Positions 46,805 to 58,364 are shown, counted from the stretch's first letter. The stretch is 64,000 nt of DNA from the human T2T-CHM13v2.0 reference genome, Homo sapiens (GCF_009914755.1 NC_060926.1), one strand, 5' to 3'. Made by a program: numbers and translations. The notes: generated by a model not told the origin, from the sequence alone.

Positions 46805-49800
46805 CCACATTTCTCATTTTCCGAGTTCTTGTGTGAGAAAACTCGAAACAAGGCATATGAATTTCTAAGTTTTCCTTGACATCTCCTTGAAATATTACAG
46901 AATTCTTTCTCATTAAAACATTAATGCCTGTAGCATTTTTAAAATAAAAAAGGAAATAAAGTGTCCTGGGTAATTCTGCTGAAAGTAATTTACTGAACAT
47001 CATCACACACACAGAGTTTTATCCATTGATCTCTTTTCAGGACTATAGGCAGCGTTTCTTTGGGGGTAACTATTTACTCATGTGTATTAGCAGTGTTACT
47101 CTTGGGTCATTGTAATAATTCTGACTGTTAGGAAAAGGTACAGAGAAGATTAGCTCATAAAAACCTTCAGAACACATTGTAAATGGAAAGGGAGAGCCCA
47201 TTTAAAAAGCTCATGTCCACTTTGACCAACTACATGTTGTAGATTTTCTCACCCCAACAGTAATTCCTAAGATTAGACATGTATGGGGAAACACTAAAGA
47301 TGGAAACGGCCCTACAAGCAAATGGCCCACACCCTCTTTAGGCTGATGAACCAAGAGAGAAGGAGCTCCCAGACAGGGCTTGGTATAGGTGGTGCCTTCA
47401 GCTCAAACCTACTCCTTCCTATTCAGAGCCAGGGGACATGATTGCACTATTTGTGGCCTTGTTGCTGAACCCCCAGCAGCAGAGATTATCTGCGGCCCTC
47501 TTCCCATTTATCTCAAAGATGAAAAAACACAGAGAATAAAGGGCAAAGCAGAACAAACCCATGCTATGTGAGATAAGAACCTGAGCTCCAAAGAAGGGTT
47601 TTGGGGAAAGTAGTAGACATAGGCCACTTGGAACCGACATTAGTTTTCTCTTCCGGGAAGTGAGGATGCTGTATTTACCAGCACCTTCTATCTCATATAG
47701 TTACCCTCTGGATCACATGAAAAGGCCTCTGTAAAAGTTCCTACAGAAAAAAACATAGAAAATGTCCAAAACCGAACTTTCTTGTTGTTACCGGCCACAC
47801 CTCTAGAATAAAATATGAAAAACTTGATCTTTTTATGCAAATGTGAAGCCAGCCTCTTCATGCAAATTGAAAACTTAATCTGAAAATACTGAAGGAGGAG
47901 TAATATATTTTTTAGAAGTCTGTGGCATGAGATATGTAGTACAGCTAATCTTACTCAAAATATCTTTAAGAAAAAGAGTATTCATTTTTTAGTGCTTGCC
48001 ACTTTCTATAGCTATTGATTTGACCTTTTAAAATTAGTTTCCAATATAGAAACCCTCCACCCCTGGCAGCAATGAACTAAACTCATGTAGGAGTTTCTTT
48101 AAGAAATTACATTATCACATATTTACTGACCAGAGTTTTATCCCAATAGAAAAATGCTCTAGGAAGTTAATTACTTAAAGACTAGGAAGATAGGGAAATT
48201 GTAGCTTTTCCCAGAATGACCTTTGTGGACTAGTTTTTAGAAAATAATTTGCATTTCTTTCCAAACAGGGTAAGTCAAGATGAGGGCTTGACTAACCCTC
48301 AGTTTCAGCTGTATAAACATTGAACTTTCAAATGTCTTAGAAAATAAGACCAAAACTTATAACAACCAGTGTAAAAAATAATTATAGTTACATTATTGAT
48401 TATTTCCCTTATGGGAAATAATCTCTTTCTCCAAAAAGGCAAAGATTGTTTTATTTCTTAGTTTGTATGATGTGAGTGTAACAAACATTTTAGTAAACAA
48501 AACAATGTTTACCATATATGTATTTGTCTATATATATGTGTGTGTGTTTAAAATGCATAAAATTATATTTAAATATATTTCAAATTTTAAATTTATATAT
48601 ATTTATAATTTTGACATGCTTTGGACTCGAGAAGCCTATAGTTTCTAATTACCTGTGAGTATAATCTTCATTGAGGCCTTATTACAAAGTATTCCGTTTT
48701 GTAATAAACACCATGACATACTTACAACTTTGTACATGAGGGAAAAAAATCTGAGGCTTCTTTTAGCACAAACCATAGAATAAACCCGATTACCAAAACC
48801 CTGTTGCTTTTTTGATTTGTATTTCTCACTATTATTTATTAATAGCTAGCTACATTTTTGGACCAGCTGAATAAAATAATTGAGCGGAACTGGTAGTAGT
48901 AACAGGCTGACAATTTATTCACCATGTTGAGGGAGAGATTCTAAAATTTTCTATAGGGCTCATAATTGATTTAATAACAATTTAAAATACGTACTCTTAG
49001 TTTTCCTAAGTAATTCCATGTCTAAGAGCTTGGAGGCCCTTCTAACGAAGATCCGTTCCGTTAAGAGTACGCAAAGTGAATTTCAGTCCTCTGCACACTT
49101 GAAGCAAGCTAGACCAGATGAGGGAAGTGGCAGGTTTTACCCAATTTCACACACAAGGAAATGATTTAAAACCACTTCGTAAACTGCTGCATAGAAATCA
49201 GCATTTGAGTTTTTCCTGGACGCTTGTTCTAGGTTTGCATTTGTCATCAGCTATTAATGCTGACTTACAGTCCAAGCTGAAATCTGTCAAAGACAAAATA
49301 ATCAGAGAATTGGCCAGAATCAACTGGATGAGGGATCTTTATATTCTCACTGATGCTCTGTGTTCTGAGAGGAGTATATATTTCAGAGGTTTGTTTGCTG
49401 CTTTGCTTGCTTTTAATGCCAGAAGAGGAAAGAGAAAGGGCAGTAGCTTTTCGGATAGAATTTTATGAGTTTATATTTTAGAAACACGTTTACTATTTAA
49501 TATATTAATAAAATTTCCATTGTCAACTAGGCCCTGCAAAAATAAACATATAGGAAGCTATTGTAAAAATAATTTATTTAATTTCCTTGCTAATATAATT
49601 ATCTACTAACTTCAAAACAAAGGTAAGTGTAAGTATGTGTGGACATTAAACTCTTATCCTCATCAGTAAATGTCTTCCTTTTGACCTTAGAGTTTGAGTC
49701 CCAAGAATCTGGAAATAGTAGAGTTCTAGTGGCAATATTTCATTAGAATTAATCTAAGTAATTATTATGACAGTAGTCAGCTTCTTATTTGATGTGGCAT

Positions 49801-50733
49801 TAAATAAAAACAGTTAATACATTCAAACTGGATCATAGGCAGTAATTTGAACTCCATAGTATACAGGAGAGAAGGGATGTGACTACTTTCCAAGTCTAGT
49901 CACAAAATAGTGATCATTTTTTAAAAGCACAGACTTGTTCAAAGATTTCGTATCTGATTGAATTCAATCAATTTCATTATTATCTGAAAGTGGGTGGATT
50001 TTGTTCTTATTGTTTGTATTCTTTCATATCGCCTTGTTCGTGTTTTATCACACAGAGGGTTAAGCTGAATCTGTTAGAATATGTTTTCCTCTAGGACACA
50101 GTTGAGCTGGGACTAGAACCCAGATTTGAAATTCTACCCTGAGGCTTAGCTGGCACTCATTATGTCATTCAGTCATATATTTGCAACAATTTAAGTAGTT
50201 AGATTTTTCAGTGATGAAAGGTTATTTAATAGGCTGCAGGTTACGACAGTATTTTCCTAGTTATCTTCTGTGCAGTCTTCAGAAAAGATTGGGAGCATGG
50301 TTGATTCCAATAACTACCTAAGGGTTAAATATTATGTGTGGGCTCAGACCCGTGGTCAAGTATTTGGGAAAATTTTTATTGATTTAAGTAGGTGTTATAG
50401 CTCAGTAACAAATGGCCCTATGTTTGGCAAGAAAAGGAGATATGGAAACTCTACTCACAGCCAAATCTGCAAGAATAAAATAATTGGTTCACGTAAAAGG
50501 AAATGGTTTTGACAGATTTACACTCTTGGGGTATGTTAGAATTCCACCAAAACTAAGGATTCAAGTGCATTTTTATCTCAAAGTGGAAGAATCTGACACT
50601 GAAAGTGGAAAGCATTTTCTATAAAGCAAATGCTATTGACACGGTCACTCTTTCCCCCATTGCATTCTCTACTTGTTGTCTTAGGTAGTTCTGATGTGTC
50701 CTATTGTCACTCTACTTTCTCTACTCCATTTAG

Positions 50734-50916
50734 ATTTAGATGTAGATGTAGATCAACCCAAAGAAGAAAAGAAAGAATGCTACTATAATCTCAATGACGC
50801 CAGTCTCTGTGATAATGTGTTGGCCCCCAATGTCACGAAACAAGAATGCTGCTGTACATCAGGCGCGGGATGGGGAGATAACTGCGAAATCTTCCCCTGC
50901 CCGGTCTTGGGAACTG
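50734..50916 (+). CDS. LTBP1: LTBP1 exon, 183 nt, acidic linker plus most of TB3 (8-Cys domain binding TGF-beta LAP): (D)[60 protein letters not shown]
   Basis: ctccatttag|ATTTAGATG ... GGAACTG|gtaaga; CCC motif, WG, FP insertion, NVT sequon. First of four possible in-frame AG acceptors chosen. Confidence 0.95.
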
Positions 50917-51566
50917 GTAAGAATCCGCTTAGTGGTAGAGTCACACTTGTGTTTGGTCACATGGTGTCCCTGGGCCTTGAAATGATAACACTCATTCCCA
51001 CAGCCAACTCAAGGCGACTTACCTTATAGTGAGTTTCATTCAGGGCTAGAGCCAGCACCTGCATCCCATCTTAATATGAATCCTTGAACTTCTCTTCATC
51101 ATCGTGTACTTTGACAGTCAGGTTCTTTGTGATATTTTGGCAGAAAGTTAATTCAGTTTTATTCCACTTTAAAATTAAAATCAGTCTTTGTTGCTGACAA
51201 TGATACAGCATTATTCGTAACTAAAGCTTGTGTATTGAAGCTATGATTTTGTGTAATTGATTCTTACTAAACCTTTAAGATACTATACATCACAGTAGTG
51301 GAAAAATAATAGTTATAATTTCAAGTAAAGCATGAGTAAGAAAATATTAGTGAACTTGGAGGTTTTTTAAATTAAAAAGTGTAAGAAAACCTATGAAGTC
51401 ATTAGATTTCTTTGCACTTAATCCATCATTTTTTGAGATTGTACTAAATTTATTTGCTGGAATTGCCTTAAAGTTACTGAGTCTGAGAAAGCAAAACTGA
51501 ATTTGAAACATGCATTCATGGAAGATGTTGAATCTTTTTTTTTTTTTTTGTCTCTTCTAAAATCAG

Positions 51567-51653
51567 CTGAGTTCACTGAAATGTGTCCCAAAGGGAAAGG
51601 TTTTGTGCCTGCTGGAGAATCATCTTCTGAAGCTGGTGGTGAGAACTATAAAG
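51567..51653 (+). CDS. LTBP1: LTBP1 exon, 87 nt, end of TB3 plus linker (A)EFTEMCPKGKGFVPAGESSSEAGGENYK
   Basis: Long T tract then aatcag|CTGAG ... TATAAAG|gtcaga; supplies the 8th Cys of TB3; phase 1-1. Confidence 0.93.
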
Positions 51654-52699
51654 GTCAGAATCAAGTGGAAACAAATTTTCAGCACATTGTGTACATGTCA
51701 GATATTCAAGTGAAAACATGGCTTGGGTTTCACAGAATTAGAGTTCTTTTTAGTCATGAAAACTGATTACAAAGTCCTTAATTCTACCATTAAAAGAAAG
51801 TCCCCATGGACTTGCAGTCAGAACACAAACTGTATGATGCTCGGAGTTTGACATTGGGAGGTGAACTTCTGAGTTTCTGTCTCTTCATCCCTGAGATAGG
51901 AATAATTTCTCAAAGGTTATAATGATTAAGATATATATCTGAAAGTACTTAACAAATTCTGTACCTAGTAGATACTTACTAAATATTTTATTCTAGATGC
52001 TTAATAGAAATCATATCAATTATGATCATATAAATTTGACCACTGTTTGTCTTTATGGTCATCAACAAAGCTAAGGTTCTTGTATTTTTAGACTTTATCC
52101 TACTGTTGTGGGGCCTTTTACCAGTGTGCACAAGTTCATAATGAGAAATGGAAGAGAAGACAACCAAAGTAGACATGTTTTATGTATTTGATGCTACGGT
52201 TATATAATTCTAAAATAAATGTGCGGCCTTTTAATTTTGGTGAATATCCACATGTATGAATATTTCCTCATTAACCACTCACTTTTGACATTTTCATGAT
52301 AGAGATATTACCTTTTATATACAAAGTGATTTTTTTTCCTTTATAGTTTAATACTGAGGACTGCTAAGTAGCTGGGAAACACACTGTAAAATCATTTTTA
52401 TTGTCCATTTTTGGAAAACTAGTGTTTGAATAATATGGTATAATTCAGTAGCTGGATAAGAAATTCCATTTGTGTTCTTTTAAATACATCTATGATTTGG
52501 TCCAATTAAATAATGAGAAGATTTGGTTTATAATATGTGTTGAATGGTTTCCAAATTCACAAATATACATTACTATGTTTTTGCAGGGATGTAGTTAAAT
52601 CTCACTTCATATTAAGGTACAGAGCTTTGATTTCACCATAAATTCATCTTCTCTTTTATATCAAAATAAATTCCTTGTCTTCCTATTTTAGCAGTGCTG

Positions 52700-53030
52700 T
52701 AAATGGTTGGAAGAAGATTGGATTCAGATCCAACCAGCCATATGTTCTAGGCTTGACTTTGCCATTTTCCATCTGTGTTAACTTTAAGCAAGTCATCTAT
52801 GGAGTCTTCAGGTTGTAAAATGAGGACTAGATGACCTTAGCTCTAAAATGCTAGAACTAATGCTAATAATAGCAGTAAAAGCAATAGATAACACTTTTGA
52901 GTATCTGCTTATGCCAGAGCATATACCGAGTCCTATCCATGGATTATCTCATTTCATCCTTCCTCTCTTATTAGGTAGATGTTCCTATTGTCTCCAATTT
53001 ATCATTGAGTAAACTGAGATAGCAAAAGCT
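52700..53030. mobile_element. MIR fragments
   Basis: CTGTGTTAACTTTAAGCAAGTCA...TGTAAAATGAGGACTAGATGACC and ATCTCATTTCATCC...GTAAACTGAG. Confidence 0.6.
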
Positions 53031-53527
53031 ATTAATTCTGTGGGGGAATGGGTCTGCTAACCCCCTCAGCAACTTGTGCTTTCTTTTATCCTCAAGAAAG
53101 ACTTGCATTCAAGTTCCACCAAACTTTATTGGAAACTTTCTACATCTCAACTAGTGAATGGGCCAGAATATACATTACAGAACACATTTCTTAAAAGGTA
53201 TATATCCTTTTGTTGATGCCACTATGGAACCATAGACCATTTCATCAAATATGAGGTAGCATCTCAGAAACCATATTTACAAATACACTTCTCCTATAAT
53301 GTTTTGGGCATTGCTTCTCAAATATCACAGACAAACTACATCTGTTTATGTTTTTATGCCTGCCAATTAGGCCTTATTTTAAGAAGGTTATATTGCTGTT
53401 TGTGTAGGATTCTTTGGAATGTAAATATTATAATATCTAACTTAAAGCCCCAAATCTGGTTAGACTCTTTTTAATTGAAAGATCAAACCTAACTCCTTTT
53501 TGTATTTCTCAATTTTTTTCCCCGTAG

Positions 53528-53656
53528 ATGCAGATGAATGCCTACTTTTTGGACAAGAAATCTGCAAAAATGGTTTCTGTTTGAACACTCGGCCTGGGTA
53601 TGAATGCTACTGTAAGCAAGGGACGTACTATGATCCTGTGAAACTGCAGTGCTTTG
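53528..53656 (+). CDS. LTBP1: LTBP1 exon, 129 nt, cbEGF (D)[42 protein letters not shown]
   Basis: ttttccccgtag|ATGCAGATG ... TGCTTTG|gtaagc; cbEGF consensus; phase 1-1. Missed by the ORF track. Confidence 0.96.
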
Positions 53657-54353
53657 GTAAGCTTTAGGGGGATATAGTATGGTGTACTGTGAAAATATAC
53701 AGATGGAAAAAATAACTATGCTATGTAGTAAAAACAATTTCCTTGAATCTAAATCATGTGTTGAAAAGATGTGTAAACGTTTTAGGGATCTTTTTCTTAA
53801 GCACAATTGAAGAAAATAAAAAGAAAAAACCACCTCCATACTACTGTTTGAATGTATTTCAAACAAAGAGTTAATATTCACTGTGGAATTATGATTCAGG
53901 CCACTGGTATAACTGAAGTGTTCTTTTGGTCTGTGGAACATCCTGTTTCATCACTCATACCGTGCAAGTGACAGCCATTTTAAATACTGACCCAGACTTT
54001 AATGCTTAAGCAGAAAACCATATACACTAGGCAGAAAAACATAGCAAAAGGAAATAATTTTAAAAGTTATCATAAAGAGCCATTTAATCTTAAATTTCTA
54101 AGCATATCCTGTTCATGGATGTTTTCTTTCCTTATTTAATGTCAGCAGCAGCAGCAGCAATGTTGTTTTTCAGTCAGAGCAGCTTACATTTTTATAGACA
54201 GAGCCACTCTCTTTTGGATGATAATGTGTGGTTAATTAAAATTTGGCAGCACCTGGAATCTGGACTAAATATAGCAATGTGTAAAGTTTGGGAAGTGTAT
54301 GAGGTACAACTGATGGCTGATTTTCTTTAGTAATACTTTTTTTTGCTCTTAAG

Positions 54354-54494
54354 ATATGGATGAATGTCAAGACCCCAGTAGTTGTATTGATGGCCAGTGT
54401 GTTAATACAGAGGGCTCTTACAACTGCTTCTGTACTCACCCCATGGTCCTGGATGCGTCAGAAAAAAGATGTATACGACCGGCTGAGTCAAACG
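54354..54494 (+). CDS. LTBP1: LTBP1 exon, 141 nt, cbEGF (D)[46 protein letters not shown]
   Basis: ttttgctcttaag|ATATGGATG ... TCAAACG|gtatgt; cbEGF consensus; phase 1-1. Confidence 0.96.
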
Positions 54495-55470
54495 GTATGT
54501 TTCCAGGAGATGCAAACCTGTGTCCAAATAACTATCATAAGATTTTCCTTTTAACTAAAATGTGAACTATTGGAAAATAGAAAAATGGATTCCTTGGGTA
54601 TTTTGAAATAACTAAAATGAGATACAATGAGATACTTACAGAAATAGTAATAAGATGCATATCATCAGTATGTAGGAGATTTAATAGCCTGGACATACTC
54701 ATTAAGTATGGACTATGGAGTGGCTGAGCAGATGGCAGGGTTGTTCCATGGCTTAGGGTTCATCATCCCTAACCTGCAGAGGCAGCTGAGGGAAATGTAA
54801 TTCAGGGAAAGATAATTAGGTGCACTCAGCAGAGTGGAGGATGTGGATAAGGCTCAGCAGAACAGAGGGTGGAGTTCAACAGGGTGGTGGAGAGCCCCGA
54901 AGTCCACTGACAAACTCCTGTCCTCCCTGATGCTACTGATAATTGGCAAAAAGCCGCTGATAATTGGCATAATCTGTCATTCGCCTCAGGAGACTGCTTT
55001 GGATGAAGTCAATTGAAAGGTAGGAATTAAAGACTCTAGGATGAAGGGTCACTAGTCCAGGGCTTTGGCAGATTAAATGGATAAGAAGGCATGAATCCAA
55101 TAGCTGTTACATGGAAAGAAATGGTAGGGTTTGACAGGAGTAAATGAAAAAGTGAAGATTAGGAGAGTGAGAAGCCTGATGGCTTATGAAGGACAAGCAA
55201 GATAGTGGGCATTTTATATAAAAGTAGGAAGCTATAGAGAACTATTGTGTCGGGACCGGATGGGCAGCTGGAATTTCAACTGATGGAATGACACCCAGTT
55301 GGAGATGACAGAGAATTGATCCATTGAAAGACCAGACTGGATTCAGACTTTTACTTGGAAGTCACTCTTAGAAATAGAGATGGAAACTTTGAGACTTGCT
55401 GGCTTCCAACACAGTGTTTATAAATAGGAATAACTGTGCGATTTTCATGGAACTATGTCTTCCCTTTCAG

Positions 55471-55641
55471 AACAAATAGAAGAAACTGATGTCTACCAAG
55501 ATTTGTGCTGGGAACATCTGAGTGATGAATACGTGTGTAGCCGGCCTCTTGTGGGCAAGCAGACAACGTACACTGAGTGCTGCTGTCTGTATGGAGAGGC
55601 CTGGGGCATGCAGTGTGCCCTCTGCCCCCTGAAGGATTCAG
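55471..55641 (+). CDS. LTBP1: LTBP1 exon, 171 nt, most of TB4 (E)QIEETDVYQDLCWEHLSDEYVCSRPLVGKQTTYTECCCLYGEAWGMQCALCPLKDS
   Basis: tccctttcag|AACAAATAG ... GATTCAG|gtgagc; CCC and WG motifs, seven Cys. I did not find the next exon in the window. Confidence 0.96.
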
Positions 55642-55764
55642 GTGAGCCCATATCCAATTCCTTCTGCAGGAGGCCTTTGGGGACAAGTTCATCTCACCTC
55701 CTTTGTAGCCTGACATTTCTCTTCTGTATCTTTGCCTTCACTCCTGATATCTTACTTTCATCCC

Positions 55765-55788
55765 GTGTGTGTGTGTGTGTGTGTGTGT
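55765..55788. repeat. (GT)12 microsatellite
   Basis: Uninterrupted GT run starting 124 nt after the TB4 exon end. Confidence 0.97.
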
Positions 55789-57296
55789 AGGGCAGAACTG
55801 CATAAACATTTGGCTCCTGGTTTACCTCTACTCCCGACCCTGTCGTTAATTTTTGAAACTCTCATTCCATTACCCCAATGAATGATAAATGACCCAAAAA
55901 AACATAACTTAGCAATCAGTGGCATAGGCTTAGAATTTATATTTCCTGGCAGTTCATTTTTTACTACAATTCTTCTCATTCCTAACAGTTTCTACTTAGA
56001 CCAAAATGTGTATTAGAGACGGTAGAAAATCATTCTAGGTCAAAGTCCAAATTTTCATGTCAATCTCTGTATGTGGAGATATAAGAAACGGGTTACAACA
56101 AAAAGGGAAAAGTACAGAAAGTAATTGAAGAAGTATTTCAACAAATCTCCTTTCCTTTCAAGTTCTAGATCTATCTGGGTTTAAACCTTTGGTCAAATGG
56201 AAAAGATGAGACAGGCTAAGCTCCCAGTTTCATCCCCTCTCCCAGTTTGGAGGAGGCCTGGAAGGTGCTGGCTTTGTGCTTCCTGGCTAGGCTGTTTGGT
56301 GACCGTTGAGTTGTGCACTGATTGCTAATTTCCCTTTTTTACCATCATAGCACCTTCTCATTAAAGGAAAGCACTCGAAAGTGTCCAGTATATCCTTTTG
56401 TAAAGTTGACTTGTTAAAGCTAGAAAGATCATGTGCAAGTAGAAAGCAAAGGAGTTTATTATGAATATATTCTCAGAATGGTCGAGAGGGGAAAAATTGC
56501 TTGAAAAGAGGAAATGCATTAATTTTTAGTTAATTCAATTAGAATATTTCTTTCAAGCTCTTTAGAAAATTAGCTTTGCAGCTTAGAAATAACTTAAAAC
56601 CAACGTAGCATGAAAGAGAAAATAATTGGGAATTCCCGTAAGAAGAAAATGAATAGCCAAGGATAAAGAGCAAATACACAAAGCACTAGATGGCAATGAT
56701 AGCAGCCCAGAATTGGAAAGAGGGCAGGTCTGGGGCCAGTTGGCACTGAGTCTGGAATCCAGCACTGCCATAGCAGCTGCATGACAAGGGGAAAATAACT
56801 TCACCCTGTACAGCTCATTTGTAAAACGGAGGCGTCTACATCTGTCCTGTTGGGTTGTTGCAAGGGCTGGGAGGATGTAGGTAGAGCAGGGGGTAATTAC
56901 TAGCTTTACTGGTTGTTTCGGGCCCTGGAAGCAGATGCCACGGGGAGATAAAAGTGAAATCACTAAGTTAATGTGAGTTCAGTGAGGCTTTTGAGTCATT
57001 TTCTCACAATGCTATACTACCTCAAATCTTTTTTATTTATGCAGTGGTTTTATATTGTCTAATTTTTTTCCAAAAATCACATGTATTCCTCCTAAAGTAT
57101 TAAAATAATCAAAGAGGTTATATTCCCCTCCACCTACCCCATCACAGTTGAACTCTGCTCCTTAAAGACACTCACTTTTGACAGTTGGGTTTTTATCATC
57201 CTAGCATTTTCTTATATATTAATTATCATTATATATTGATATTAGTTATTGCTGTATATTAATATATTTATATCCAACAGAGTATTTATAACTGAA

Positions 57297-57480
57297 GTCT
57301 ATGTCATCAATCTAAGCTACACTTTGCTTGTTATTTTGCACTTCAGCATCCCTGAGATTGGGGTCATCTGATAATTATGACATATAACAATGTCCACGGG
57401 TTATTTTTCCCAATTTTTAACATCTGTTATATCAAGATACATTTTACAATCTAGGATCTCTTAAAATAGATGAAAGTTAG
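57297..57480. mobile_element. MER104/Kanga-like DNA transposon remnant
   Basis: CAGCATCCCTGAGATTGGGGTCATC ... TTTTAACATCTG ... TCTTAAAATAGATGAAA. Confidence 0.45.
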
Positions 57481-57489
57481 AACTTAAAA

Positions 57490-57855
57490 TTTTTTTATAT
57501 TGATATATTTAGGGGTGCAAGTGTAGATTTCTTACCTGCAAGTATTCCATAGTGGTAAATAAAGTCTGTGTTTTTTGTGTACCCTTAACAATAGCGAACA
57601 CTGTGCCCAATAGGTAATTTTTCAACCCTTACCCCACTTCCAGACTCCCACATTTTGGAGTCTCCAGTGTGTATTACTCCATTCCATATGTCCATGTGTA
57701 CCCATTGTTTAGCTACCATTTATAAGTGAGAACGTTCAGTATTTGACTTTCTGCTTCTGAGTAATTTCAATTAGGATAGTGACCTCCAGTTCCGCCCATG
57801 TTGCTGTAAAACACACGATTTTATTCTTGGTTACGGCTTAGTGGTATTACATGGA
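57490..57855 (-). mobile_element. L1PB-type 3' end
   Basis: CCCAATAGGTAATTTTTCAACCCT, GTCCATGTGTACCCATTGTTTAGCT, TATAAGTGAGAAC, CCTCCAGTTCCGCCCATGTTGCTG. Confidence 0.88.
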
Positions 57856-58070
57856 TAAAGAAATTTTCTTACTGAGGCATTCCTACAGGTGCATATGTGG
57901 AGGTTCATTGCAGCATTGTTTATAAAAGGAAAATCAGGACTGGGGCAAGATGGGGCAGGGAAAGGTTAGGGGAGGAAGAAAAACAAATGCCCAGCACAAG
58001 AGATGGCTAAATAAATCATGTACATCTATAAAACAGATTCCATGCAGCTGTTTAAAAATTACCATCTTTT

Positions 58071-58364
<294 letters not shown>

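Noticed and set aside
53489-53941. 150-aa antisense ORF
   Set aside because: Overlaps exon 53528-53656 antisense and runs through AT-rich intron; no protein family resemblance.
54143-54157. (CAG)5 giving a poly-Ala ORF (54115-54330)
   Set aside because: Intronic, very short, and not in a splice-supported frame.
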